In this document: positions 48,307 through 60,121 of the stretch, piece after piece
Position numbering within the stretch: the stretch's first letter is position 1
Layout of the letters: the number at the start of each line of letters is the position of its first letter
Source of the DNA: Cyanophora paradoxa CCMP329
Taxonomy: Eukaryota > Plantae > Glaucophyta
Direction: 5' to 3'
Length of the DNA stretch: 64,000 bases
Assembly (NCBI GenBank): GCA_004431415.1
Contig: QPMI01000062.1
Coordinates: forward strand, 530,339-594,338
Notes under the pieces: generated by a model
The model's input: the letters and a program-made list of their open reading frames with translations, nothing else
Told to the model about the DNA's origin: nothing
The model's database searches: none
Translations under genes and position numbers: made by a program

Positions 48307-49560
48307 TTATCTTCGAGAGGGTCCTGGCGGTAGACGCGGGTGAGGGGGCGCCCCGCGAAGACGCGCTCCGAAGACGCGCTCCAAGCGCGTCTTCGCCTTG
48401 AAGTCCTCGAGGAGCTCGCCGAACCGGCCGTCGTACTCGTCGGGCGGGTTCTCCCCGTCGAAGGTCAGGCAGAGGTTCACGTCGACCTCGGGGCGGAGGC
48501 CCCGCAGGACCTGGCCGGCGGTCGGCGGGGCGGGCATGGGCCCGGGGCGGCGAGCAGCTGCAGAGGGGGTATCTCGAAGGGGCGGACACGTTGGGGGCAC
48601 TTGGGGGGCGCTTGAGCCGAAGTGTGACAATGAGACGCTGGAGGGCCGGGAGCGCCACGATCGCTTCCGCTTGCTCTTTCTTCAGCGGCGTTTCGAAACG
48701 CAGGCGCAGGTCCGCGAGGGTGCGCGCGTCTGGAGGGAGCGGTGGCGGGCCAGGGCGAGGGCCCGGCCCACCGAATTCGGAGACGAGCTCGGCTTGAGCC
48801 GCGCGAGGCGGGGGAGGCCGGCGGCCAGCTCCGCGAGGCGGCGCAGGACGCCCACGTTCCGCGCTGACGAGGTCCTCCTCGTAGACAATCTTCGATCCCC
48901 TGCTGCGACGACGACGGACCCACGAGGCGCTCGACGACGGACCCACGAGGCTGTGCGGAAACGCTGCAGCTAGCGCTGGCGAGGAGCGTGCACACGGCCC
49001 CAACGGTGGTGCCAGAGGCTCGGCTGCGGGTCGAACTCGGCTCTGAAGGAGACACTCCCGCTCGCGCTGAGCCGCAGCTTCCGCTCCCTGAAAAGTGCCG
49101 CCGCCGCATTCGCGCTGCAGGCTGCAGCTGCGCACTTCCTCGCCACTCCGCTTGAGCTCATGCCCAGCTTTGCTTCGTGCACGTGCGCGCTTCAAGTGCA
49201 CGCTGCGAGGCCTTGCTGGTGCCCCTGTCGCAGTCTCTTTCAAGGGCTTGGCCCGCAGATTGAAGGGTCTCGTCGAGTACCCGCTGCCAAAGCCTGCGAC
49301 CCAGCGCGCTCTTAGCTGCGACAAGCACGCAGCCGGAGCGATACATCTGCACCTGCACACGCCGCGCAGGGGCCAGCTCGCCTGCAGTCCGAGTGCCTTG
49401 AAGATAGCGCTTATGACCGCGTCCGGCAGCGCATCGAACGCTCCCAGTGCTTGCGGCGGCGCGGCTAGTGATGTGGGCGGTTCGCGGCGGGCCCGCTTCC
49501 TCGCGCGCCGGGCCCCGCCGGCCCATGCGGACCATGCTGCTTTGCGGGGTACGCGACGGG
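48307..49560 (-). CDS. F-box domain protein (start and exon structure uncertain)
   Basis: AFDALPDAVISAIFKALGLQASWPLRGVCR F-box motif; downstream LADLRLRFETPL..LPALQRLIV exons. Confidence 0.6.
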
Positions 49561-49682
49561 TTGCCGGCTCCAAGCCTCAGGCCGCGGCTCGAAGCCGGTC
49601 AGACGCGTCAGTTAGGGCCGCCGGCGCCGGCCTGCGACGCGCACGGAAGCCCGGCAGAGGCATACGAACAGCTACGAGACCG

Positions 49683-51797
49683 ATGGAGTCCGGGGAGTCC
49701 AAGATCCCATGCCTCTCCGAGTTTCTCGCGTGCCTAGGCGGCCCGTCCGGTCAGGACTCGCGTGCGGCGCCGAACACGCCCCAGCTAGACGTGCTGCGAG
49801 ACCAGATTGTCGCTACGCAGGCTCGGGTGCGTGCCAGAACATTCCCGAACACAGCAGCCACGGTCGCCTAATTGCATCCTCCTCGTACGCGTCCCGCAGG
49901 CCCTGGACAGCATTTTGGAGCAGGCGAGAGCGAAGTCAGATGTGCTCGAGGCCCGCCTGCAGACTGCTCTCGAGGAGGCGCGCATCCATCGAATCGCCCG
50001 ATCGGAGGCCGAGGCCGAGGCTGGCAGGCTCCGAGCCGCCCTCGACGCGGCGAAAGATTTCAGGGGCAAAGTGGAGCGGGCGATGGCGAGCCAAGCTACG
50101 GCGGCCTCCGAGCAGCTGCAGCGCGCAGCCGCCGCCGTGCAGAGCGGCCTCGACGCCTCTCGCTTCCAGGAGCAAGCCGCCGAGGCTGAACGGAGGATGG
50201 CCGAGGCGGAAAAGGTTCGGTTTCGCCTCCCTCCAACACGCTCGCCCACTGAAGTCCGACGGTCTCGAGCGCAGGAGATCGTTCGTCTACAGGCGGAGCT
50301 CCGAGCCGCTGCATCGGACGCGCAGGCCGTACGCACGCTGCAGGAGGGGCAGGATGCTCTCCGGCGCCAGGATGCTCTCCGGCGCGACCTGAGAGGTGCG
50401 AATCGCCTGTTGGACTCGCACTCGTGCCCGTCCTCACTCGCGGGGCGGCAGAGAGCGAGCGGCGGGCAGCGGAGAGCGGTGCGGAGGCGGACCGCCTGCG
50501 CGCGTCGCTGGAGCTGCTGCAGAGCCAGCGCGCATCCGCGGCCGAGGCCCGCCGCCCCTTCGCACACGCGCCCCTACGCATGCCGCTGACGGCGCGTCCC
50601 CCACAGGCGCTCGAGGGGAGGCTGGCGGAGGCGCGCGGGCGGGAGGCTGCCCTGCAGGCCTCCCTCGCCGCCGAGAAGGCCCGCCCCGCCGCCCCGCCGC
50701 TCCGCACGCCCGGCAAGCGGGCGCTGAGGGCGACCGCAGGAGCGCGCGGGGGGCTCGAGGCGGCGGCGGCGGCGGTCCGGCGCGAGGCCGACGAGGCGCG
50801 GCGGGGCCTGGAGGGGGCGCTGGAGGCGGCGCGGGCGCGGGTGGCGGCCCTCGATGCGGAGGCGAGGGCCGCGGCGGAGCAGGGGCGGGAGCAGGCGCGG
50901 AGGCACGAGGAGCAGGCCAAGGAGGGCTCCCGCACGGCGGCGGCCCGCGCGGAGAAAGAAGTCGAGCGGGTGCGGTGCGAGGCGGCGGCGCGCGAGGCGG
51001 CGGCGCAGCGGCGCGAGCAGGAGCTCGCCGCCGAGCTCGAGCGGCTGCGGGCGGACCTGGCGGCGCGCGATGCGGCGGCCCAGCAGAGGGAGCGGGCGCT
51101 CGCCGCGGAGACCGAGAGGCTGCAGCGCGAGCTGCGGCAGCGCGACGCGGCGGCGGCCAAGGCGGAGAGGGACGGGGAGCGGCTGCGGGGCGAGCTGCGG
51201 GGGCGGGAGGCGGCGGCGGCGGAGCTGCGGGAGAGGCTGCGGGGGAAGGAGGCGGAGGCCGGCGAGCTGGCGCGGCGCGCGGAGGAGCTGCAGGGGAAGC
51301 TCGAGCGGCTCGAGCGCGAGCGCGGGCGCGAGCGAGAACGGGAGGCGGCCCGCCCCGAGCCCGGCTCGACCTTCCGGACGGTTGCCGTGCGCCCTGTCCC
51401 TGACTGATCCGGATCCCTGTGCACGGCCCTCCCCTGACGGGGGCGCGCGCAGGCGTTCCTCACGCCGCCGGCCTCCCCCGCGCACACCGTCGTCGGCTCG
51501 CCCGCGGTGCGCCCCGTCTAAACCCCGTCTCCGGCGGCTCCCGAATGCTCACTGCGGCCGCAGGCGACGCCCTCGACGCCGGCGACTCCGCTGCCGATGG
51601 CGTACACATACTCGCCCCAGCACCAGTCGCCAGCGCAGGGGCTCTCGAACTGGGGCGATCCCCTCGTCGGGTACGACACGGCGGGGCGCCCCATCTACAG
51701 GGGCCCCCGTGGCGGCCTCTACTATATCACGGGCTCCGGCGAGCGGCGCTGGCCCGGCAAGGCCCTCAGGATGGCCACATGGCTTCCCGGAGTATGA
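49683..51797 (+). CDS. Long coiled-coil protein with C-terminal PBCV-type basic adaptor (GPRGG) motif
   Basis: Extended A/E/R heptad region; last exon GYDTAGRPIYRGPRGGLYYITGSGERRW. Confidence 0.7.
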
Positions 51798-52235
51798 GTG
51801 CCGGTCCATCCTGATCCACGAGGCGATCCAGGTGCCGGTCCTGCGGCGGCCCTCGCCGTGCCCCAACTACAGCCTTATGAATTCGAGCCTGACACACCTC
51901 CGGGGCCGCCTGGGGAGGGGGTGGGGATGGGGGGGGGGGGGGGGGGGGGGTGTATATGATGTCATCGGCCTCGAGGCGTACAAGGGGTACAACGCACTGT
52001 ACATGGGTTCCTTTAAACGGCCTCCACCGCGTCGAGCAGCGGCAAACCGGACTACGCGGGCAGGAAGATTTAATCTCGATGGCCGTGGGCTCCTGGCTCC
52101 CCGGGTGGAAGCACCTTGCGTTCAGGCAACGTTAGCCGGGGCGCCGGCGTTCGAATTCCGAGTTCACGTTGATTCGATCGAGAAAAAGGCGCAGCGGGCA
52201 AGGGAACAGAGCGGAGTGGAAATCGGATGATCAAC

Positions 52236-54734
52236 CTACAGGTCCGGTTTGTAGGCGAGGCCGGGGTCGGGGCCGGCTGGGGGCAGAGGGGCGGGTGCGG
52301 TGGCGGGGCGGGGGGCGGCCTCGGCGGGGCCGCGCGGGGGCAGGAGGCCGGAGAGCTCGAGGAGGGCGGCCCCGTCCTGCAGCAGGTACGGCACGTACGC
52401 GAAGTTCCACCGCGGGCCCCGGATCCGCGCCTCCCCGGCCCCGGGCCCCTTCCCCGGCCCCGCCTTGGAGGAGCCGGGGCGCAGGGCGCCGGCCGAGGCC
52501 GCCCGCGTGATCGTCCGCGCGTTCCCGATCGCCAGCGCCGCCAGGCGCGGCTGCCGCGGCGATAACGTTCAGGCACGGCGGGAGGGGCGCAGCCAAAGGG
52601 TGGGACCGCGCGGCGCACGTCGGAGGCCTGGAGGGCGAGGGCGGCGTTGGGGTTGTGGAGCTCGGAGGGGCGGGCGCCGGCCCCCGAGGGCGGGCGGGCG
52701 AGCACGCGGTACCGCAGCGCCGGGGGCGATGCCGCGCGCGCCCCCGCCGCCGCGCTCTGCGGTCGCGCCTCCGGGAGGGGGATGTTGGGGTACGCCGACC
52801 ACGGCCGCCGCGTGTCGTAGTCCTGGCGGCCAGGGGGGGTGAGCCGGGGCCGAGGCCGGGGCCGGGGGTACGGGAAGCGCACCGCGTACGGGTCCTCCTC
52901 CTCGGGCGGGGAGCTCCAGCGCCGAGGCGGGTGCCGCGCAGCGCGGCGGGCCCCGCGGGGGCGGTGCTGGGCCGGCCGGGGCCCCCGCCGCGCCCCTCGT
53001 CGAGGCGGCGGAGGCGGCGCGCTGGGGCCGGGCGGGTGCCGCGGGGCGAGGAGGCGGCGCGCGGGCGGGCGCAGTGGACGCGGAGGCGGCGGAGGCGGGG
53101 CGGGGCGGCTCGAGGGCGAGGGCCTGGGCGGGGGCCGAGGGCGGGCGCTGCCCTGCGTGCCTCCGCACCAGCCGGTCCATCTGCGCCCGCCGCGTCAGGC
53201 ACGGGAGGCCGAGCCGAACAAAGAAGCTGCGGGGCGGGCCTGGGCGAGCTGGCCGTGCATGGCGGAGGCCATGTGCGCCGCCGCCCGCCGCTCCACGCTC
53301 TCCTTCTCCTTGAAGAGCCAGCTCTGCGCGCCGCGCTCTCGGCGGGGCGCCCCGCGGGAGAGAGGGAGGGGGGAATGGGTCGCGGACCTGGAGGGTCACC
53401 GCGACGGCCGGCGGCGGCGGGGCCGCCATGCGGGACGGCGAGCCCGAGCCCGAGCCGGAAGCGGGGCGGGGCTGGGGGGCCGGGGAGGCGCTGGCGCCGA
53501 GCGACGCCGTGCGGGGCCGCTCCGGGGAGGCGTCGAGCCCCCGGGTGCCCCCTCCTCCCCCGCGGGGGCCGTCGCCGGCCGCGCCCCGCGGGCATCCCCG
53601 TAGAAGAGCTTGCTGTAGACGTGGCCCAGGTCTCCGTGGGTGGGGCCCGCGTCCGGGCCCGCCGTGCGCGGCCGCCCCGCCACCGAGTCCGGCACGACGG
53701 CGCCGCTGGGCGGGGGCCCGAGCCCCGCGACGGAGCGGGCGTGCGCGAGGGCCTTTTCCGAGCGGGCGGGGCGGAGGGCGTTGGCGCGGTTCGCCCGGAC
53801 CCGCGCCTCGACCCCCATCCTCGCGTAGACGGAGCCGAGCGGGTGCTGCCCGTACACCGTCCGCCGCGCCGGCGCCTCTGCGAGCAGGCTCTCGTTGGCC
53901 ACCGCCTCGAAGTGGCTCTTGGGGAAGCTCGTCCGCCGCCGCAGCGCCTCGCTCCGGCCCTCCAGCCCCGGCGTCGGCGCCCGCGCCGCGCTCGGCGTCC
54001 CCAGCGCCGGCACCGTCAGGCTCTCCCGCAGGATCCGGCCCGTCCCGAAGACCTCCTGCGCCGGCGCGCGTGAGGGGCGGGCCGGGTGCGGGGCAGGGGC
54101 GCCGCGCGGCACCTCGGGCATGCGCTGGTAGCGCTCGTACGGGATGACCCCCGAGGGGTCCAGCTCCTCAGCCTCCTCCTCCCCCTCCGGCTCCGGCGAC
54201 CCCGGGAGATCCCCCTCGCCGGGCACGGCCCCGCCCTCCTCGGCGATCGAGTGCTCGTACTGCTCGAGCAGCGAGGCCTGGGAGCCCGGCGGGCGCAGGG
54301 GCGGCGCCGCGGGGCGCTCGCGGGCGGGGACGAGGGCGAGGTCGGGGGCGGAGGGCGTCTGCCGCAGCTGCTCCTCGTGCAGCGCCGCGACGCGACGCTC
54401 GAGCTGCGAGAGGCTCGCGGAGAGCGCCTCCTCCGCCGCCTGCAGCCGCGCCGCCTCCGCCGCCGCCGCCCCGCCGCTCGGCTTCAGCGACGACCGCCGC
54501 GGACGCACCACAGGCGCCGGCGCCAGCGGCGTGTCCTTAGTGACCACTGGGCTCCACCCCGACCCCGGGCTCGTTTGCCCAAGCTCCACATCTGTCTCTA
54601 CGCACGCGGGCGGATTAGGGCGGCCGGCGCAGCGCCGCATCAGCATCGGGCGCACTTGTAAAGGACTTGAGCTTGCCCCTCTTCACCGGCGGGCTGCTGT
54701 CAGACCGCTGGGACGGAGCGAGTCGCGGTGTCAT
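52236..54734 (-). CDS. Hypothetical low-complexity protein with short coiled coil
   Basis: Spliced frame MTPRLAPSQ..KTDVELGQ..LSQLERRVAALHEEQL..DLGHVYSKLFYGD..YDTRRPWSAYPNIP..LAYKPDL*. Confidence 0.6.
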
Positions 54735-55060
54735 CGCTCAACCGCCGGCAGCTTGACGAGGGGGGGCTTAAGTGCCGTCTATAAATGTGTAGCTAAGGGT
54801 CCGAAGGAGTTACGCCGCTCCAGGGCGCCCGGAATCGACGCAAAGGCGAGCTCCAAATCGAGCTCGAGGTGCGTGCCAGGCGTTGGCAGGAATGATGAGA
54901 TTCGAGCTCAGCTAGAGGAATATGTCAGTTTCTTGCTAGTGGCGGCGCTCGGAGCAGTCGGGCTAGCCGCTGCTTTTTGCGTAGCGTACCCCACTGGACA
55001 CTCTTCTGAGCTCTTCAAAGCCACTGCCCCAGCATTTGGACGCATCCCCGGTCCTCCTCG

Positions 55061-56011
55061 ATGCAGCTGGGACGGGTGCTGTTCACCGCCGGCCTGCCCT
55101 GCGCGGCCCCGGCGCGTCGACCCTCGCCGCTCTGCTGGCAGCCCGCGCCCTTCGCGCAGCCGCTTCGAACCGTACACGCAGGTGCCCATGGCCCAGGGAG
55201 AACTGCTCAGAGCCGTTCCTGACCTCGCCCGCGCCTCGCAGCCCCGCAGCTGCCGACGCAGCGTCGGCGCTGGTGCGCGGACCACCAGCAGCAGCCACGC
55301 GTGATCCGGTGGACGGCGAGCGCGCAGGCGAGCTCGGAAAGCGCCTCGGTGGCCCGCGATCTTGAGAACGGGAGGACGCTGAAGCAGGCGGCGGGGTGGA
55401 AGACGAAGTCAAAGCCGATCACGGAGATGCCGAGCTCGGCGGCGGAGATCGGGACGAGATTCCCGCGGTGCGTTCGGATCGTGGACCCGAAGGACTTCGC
55501 GTACGTCTACCACCGCTCCCGGAGGCGCGTCGGCCGCCTCATCATCGTCGACGCCGTCTTCAACGCCGGCTCCGGCTCCGAGGGCGGTGCGCCCCGCACC
55601 GGAACCTTCTCCCGAGCCGGCCCGGCAGCTCACCTTGTTGCGGCGGGCAGGCTACGCGCCGGTACCGTCGCCGTTCGCGCGGGTGGGGGTGACGGTGTCG
55701 CGCAAGTACGGCAAGGGCCACGAGCGGGTGCGCTTCAAGCGGATCGTGCGGGCGGCCTTCCGGAACATCCAGCAGGAGCTCCCGCCCGGCCTCATGTTCG
55801 TCGTCCGGCCCCGAATGGCCTCTAAGGACGGTGCCCGCGCTGTTGTTTTCTCCGAGCGCTCCCCGCCGCCCCCCCGGCCCCGCCCCCCTGACTCCTCCCC
55901 CGCGCAGCCAAGTCGACGGACATCGCGCAGGAGATGAAGGAGCTGCTCTTCAACGAGCGCGGCGGGTCCGGCCCCGGCCAGCATGCGCAGCAGGCCGCCC
56001 CCTACACGTAG
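55061..56011 (+). CDS. rnpA: Bacterial-type ribonuclease P protein component with N-terminal targeting-like extension
   Basis: Exons 55061-55181, 55242-55586, 55651-55830 and 55908-56011 join in frame: RFPRCVRIVDPKDFAYVY..RVGVTVSRKYGKGHERVRFKRIVRAAFRNIQQELPPGLMFVVRPR..DIAQEMKELL, the full RnpA pattern. Confidence 0.9.
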
Positions 56012-56066
56012 CCGGCGCGGCCAGTGGCCTGTTTGTATCGTAATCGCTATCGGAGCTAGCGAGGCG

Positions 56067-57782
56067 CTAGTAGCACTCCTCGAGGGAGTCGCTCTCCGAG
56101 TTGGAGAGGATGTCGACGACGCGGGCCGCGCGCCGCGAGACGCGGATCTCGCCCCGCCGCCACGCCGTCCCCGCCACCTCCCGCCGCGCCGCCTCGGGCT
56201 CGGGCGCCGGCTGGGGCGGCGCCGCCGCGGCCGCGCGCGCCCGCTCGCGCTCGCGCTCGCGCTCGCGGGAGACGGAGCGGCGGCCGACGGCGGCGAGCTC
56301 GTCCACCAGCACCGCGAAGGCCGACGCCGCCGGGCGAGCTGGAGGGCCCGCCCGCCCGCCCGCCCTCCCCCGCAGCCGGGCCGGGGCCGCTAGCGGGGGC
56401 GGGGGCGGGAGGCGCTCCGGGGAGGGCGGCGGGCGCATGAACTGCGCCTTGCGGACGAGCCTGCCGGCGACTCAGGGGCGCCGGCCCGGCCGAGGGCGGG
56501 GCGGGGCCGGGGGGGCCGGGGGCGGACCGGGCGGCGCGGGGGTTCTGGGCGACGAGGCGGAGGAGGTGCTGGCGCTTGAACGCGTTCCCCGCGTCGCGCT
56601 CGAGCCCCGCGAGCTGCCACTCCGCCGAGCTCTCCGCCGCCCGCACCAGCCCCGCCAGCGCCAGCGACCCCTGCGAGCTCTGCCCCCGCCTCAGGGGCCC
56701 TCCAGGGGCGCAGGGCCGGCGAGCGCCGCGGCGCGCACCCGGCGGGCTCTCGTTGCGCGCGGAGCTGGGGCGGCGGCGGCGGAGGAGAGGGCGGGGCGGG
56801 TGGGGGACGACGAGGAGGCGCGCGGCTGCGGGGCGGCCCGCGGGGCGCCGGGGCCCGGCAGCCGCACGGGGAGAAGGGGCCCCGGGCCAGGATCGCTGCG
56901 CCCCCGGCGCTCAGCTCGGACGGCCTCAGATGCAAGCGAGTGCGAGCGCTGGCAGGCGGACCCTCGGCGTGGAGGCGCGGGGGCTCGACGGCGACGGAGG
57001 CGGGGAGGTAAGGCCGCAGGACGAGCTCGGAGCCGGCCGGGGCGCGCTCGAGGGTCGCGGCCAGGTCGGCGGCGCGCTCGCGCAGGGCCGCCTCGGCGCG
57101 GGCGCGGTCCGCCTGCAGCGCCTCCCGCAGCCGCTCCGAGAGGCGCTGGACCTCCTCGAGGAAGCGCCGCTCGCACTCCTTGTAGCGATCCGCGTACTCC
57201 CGCTTCAGCTGCTCGGCGCGGCGCGAGAGGCCCTCCGTCTCCGCCGCCCGCGCCTCGTTCATGTATTGCATCGCCCGCTGCAGGTTTGCCTCCGTCCGCC
57301 GGATGTCTGCGCGACCGAGCGTCGGCCCCGGGCGCAGCGGGGCGGCGGGGCAGCGCACGGTTCTCCTGCTCGCTGACGAGGCTGGAGGAGACGGCGACGA
57401 GGCTCCGGAGCTGCTCCTCGATTGACACCGCCGTCGAGCCGATGTCGATGCTCGCGTCTGCGCCCCCGGGCCGCTTGGCGGGCGACTTCCGCGCGCTCGG
57501 CGTGCCACCCGCAGCGGCACCCCCTTTGGCGGGGCTGACACGGCTCGCCTGCGAGCGCGCGGGCGAGGCCCCCGCGGCCCCCGCCGCCTCGCTGGAGACC
57601 TCTTTGACATCTGAGACGCGCCCGACTGCTTAGCTATGCCCAGGCGGCCGGCAGCTAAGGAACCGGGCGTCCGAACCTCGGGTCCCAGTGAAGGCAATGC
57701 GACGAAACGGAAGGATCGGGGATATGATCGACGACTCGCTCTCAGTGTCGCTCACTGCACGCTGTCTCCTTGAGCGCGACAT
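56067..57782 (-). CDS. Hypothetical coiled-coil protein
   Basis: MSRSRRQRAVSDTESE..SIEEQLRSLVAVSSSLVSEQEN..EANLQRAMQYMNEAR..RVVDILSNSESDSLEECY*, with phase-compatible introns at the 5' end. Confidence 0.6.
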
Positions 57783-57994
57783 CCGGCCAAGCTAGCCGTT
57801 GGCGTAACTGCCGAGGAAGGCGGGTGCAGGGCTCGAATAAGCTCTTAACGAATAGATCTACTGTTTTTTAGCTGTCGGGACAGAGCGGCGTTCGTGCTGG
57901 CTGCGAGCGCTTTGCGATGACCGGTCAGGACGGGTACGTGCAAACTGATCTTGTCGAGGCGAGGACCGGGGGTCGCAATTGCGGAGTAGCAGCG

Positions 57995-59771
57995 ATGCGT
58001 CCGCGGGCCTATAGACAAGCGGCACATCCACGCGCCCTGGCCCTGGCCCTCGTCGTCGTGCTAGCGCTGCAGGCTGCCGTCTGTGCGTGGACGGCAGCGG
58101 AAACCCTCCCCTTCGACGATCCCTCGCCCGCCTTCCTCAATGAGCTTCGCTCTATGACCCTCGCGTTCTACAAGAAATACGAGCTGGAGTGGTTTGCTGC
58201 CCCCGCCACGCGCCCTCGTACGCGCAGCGTCGCACGCTGACAGCACCACGCGCACGCAGGAATTCTCATGTGCATCACAAGCGCTAGCGCTCGCCGCAGC
58301 TGCAGGCTGCAGCGCGATGGCGAATGCTGACGGCGCGTCGCGCAGGAGTTCGCTGCGTACAAGAAGTTCATCCCTCTCGCGCACGAGCTGCTCTTCGGGG
58401 CGAGCAAGACGTACTTCAGCGTCGGCGTGGGCCGCCTGGCGGAGGAGGTCTCAACGTGGATGGACCTCTTCGAGGCCGACAAGGAGGGCGCAGGCCCCAT
58501 ACAGATCCACGGTGCGCGCGCTCCCGCGCACCCCGAAAAACGGCCCCTGCAGCTGACGGCCTGTCGAATTCAAGCGTTCGACCCGCTGCGGCCGTTCGCG
58601 TGGGAGCGGCGGCGGTGGCCCTTCTACGAGCACACCGGCGTCCTCTCCTTCTCGCGCACGGCCGTCTCCGCCAACACCTCGGGCCTCTGGTCCTGCGCCG
58701 GCATCCGCTGCACCGCCACCGTGGACTACTGGTGCGGCGCGCTCCTCATCTCCGAGATCTGCTACGACCTCATCCACGGGCCCCAGTTCCTCCCCACGGT
58801 CCGGCCCCCACAAGAATTGGCGCTGTACCCCGGCCGAACCCGTGCGCCCCGGGTACAGATTACGATCCCGGAGTACATGGAGCACTTCCGCATCGACAAG
58901 ATCGACGTCATGCAGCTCGACGCTGAGGGGTACACCCCTCCTCTCCTCCCCCACTCTGCTCGTCTCCTAACTTCCCCGCGCAGGTTCGACCCGGTGATCA
59001 TCCGGAGCCTGGAGCCGCTCCTCGCGCAGCGCCGCATACGCGCCTTCTACTTCGAGTGCGCCGGGGGGTACGCGGAGCCCCGGCCCGCCCTCGTCGAAGG
59101 GGTACGCGCGCGCAGGTACGGGCCGCACTGGACGGGGTACGCGGGGGATGTGGCGCTGGGGCGGCGGGCGGAGGCGCCGAGCGTGGACGAGATGCACGAG
59201 GCCAACCAGACCCTCAAGGAGGTCGTCCGCTTCCTCGGGGGGTACAACTTCGCCGTCTTCCTCATCGGGTGCGCGGGCACCGCGTACCCCCTTCCTTCGG
59301 CGCGCCCTCCCCGACGGCCCCCGCAGATGGGAGTTCCTGCTGCCGATCAGGTGCCCCCGGCCGCTCCCCGCCCGCCCCGCCCCCGCCCCGCCCCGCCCCG
59401 CCGCCTCACGCCGGGCGGGGCCCAGCGGGGCGCTGTGGAGGGACGAGTACGAGCTGAACTGGCGGCCGGTGTGGGCGCCGGCGCGGCCGGGGCGCCCCGC
59501 GTACATCAAGCACGTCGTCGACCTCCTCGTCCTCGACATGGCCGACCCCCTCGCCCTCCGCGTGCGCCTGCCGGAGCTCCCGCCGCGCTCGCCTCGCTGA
59601 CGGGTGCTGGGGCAGGTGCTGGACGCGTGGCACCACCCGCTGCGCTCGCGGACGGCCGCCTTCCTGCGTGCCGCCGCCCACTGGGCCCTCCCGCCGCCGG
59701 CCGGCGCCGCGCCACGCCTCCACCTGGGCACCCACTTCGGCACCTACCAGGAGGCGTTCGTCCTCGACTGA
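57995..59771 (+). CDS. FkbM-family (Methyltransf_21-like) methyltransferase with N-terminal signal/anchor
   Basis: ALALALVVVLAL anchor; IHAFDP; TIPEYMEHFRIDKIDVMQLDAEGFDPVII; IRAFYFEY; TLKEVVRFLGGYNFAVF. Confidence 0.78.
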
Positions 59772-60121
59772 TCAGGCCTCCAGCCTCGAGGAACCCCCAT
59801 TACTAGTCCTGCCAGGCTGAATTCGAACCTGGTCCCCAGTCCTGCCTCTAGTCCTAGTCCTAGTCTTGGTGTTGGCATGTATTGTTTATTCTGCAGTGTA
59901 TTTACAACAAGCGACAATAGCGTACAGCGCTCGTTTGCACGAGCGAGACTAGAGTAACTGTCTGATCATGACTGCTCGACTCGCATCGATATACATCATC
60001 TGCATCTGCAAGAAATACACCGGAAAGCTTAAGAAACTATGGTACAGGAAAGTACAGGGGAAATAAACGATCCGATCCAAATAGAAATAGAAGCCGCAGG
60101 CCTAGGAGGCGCCAGGGCGGC

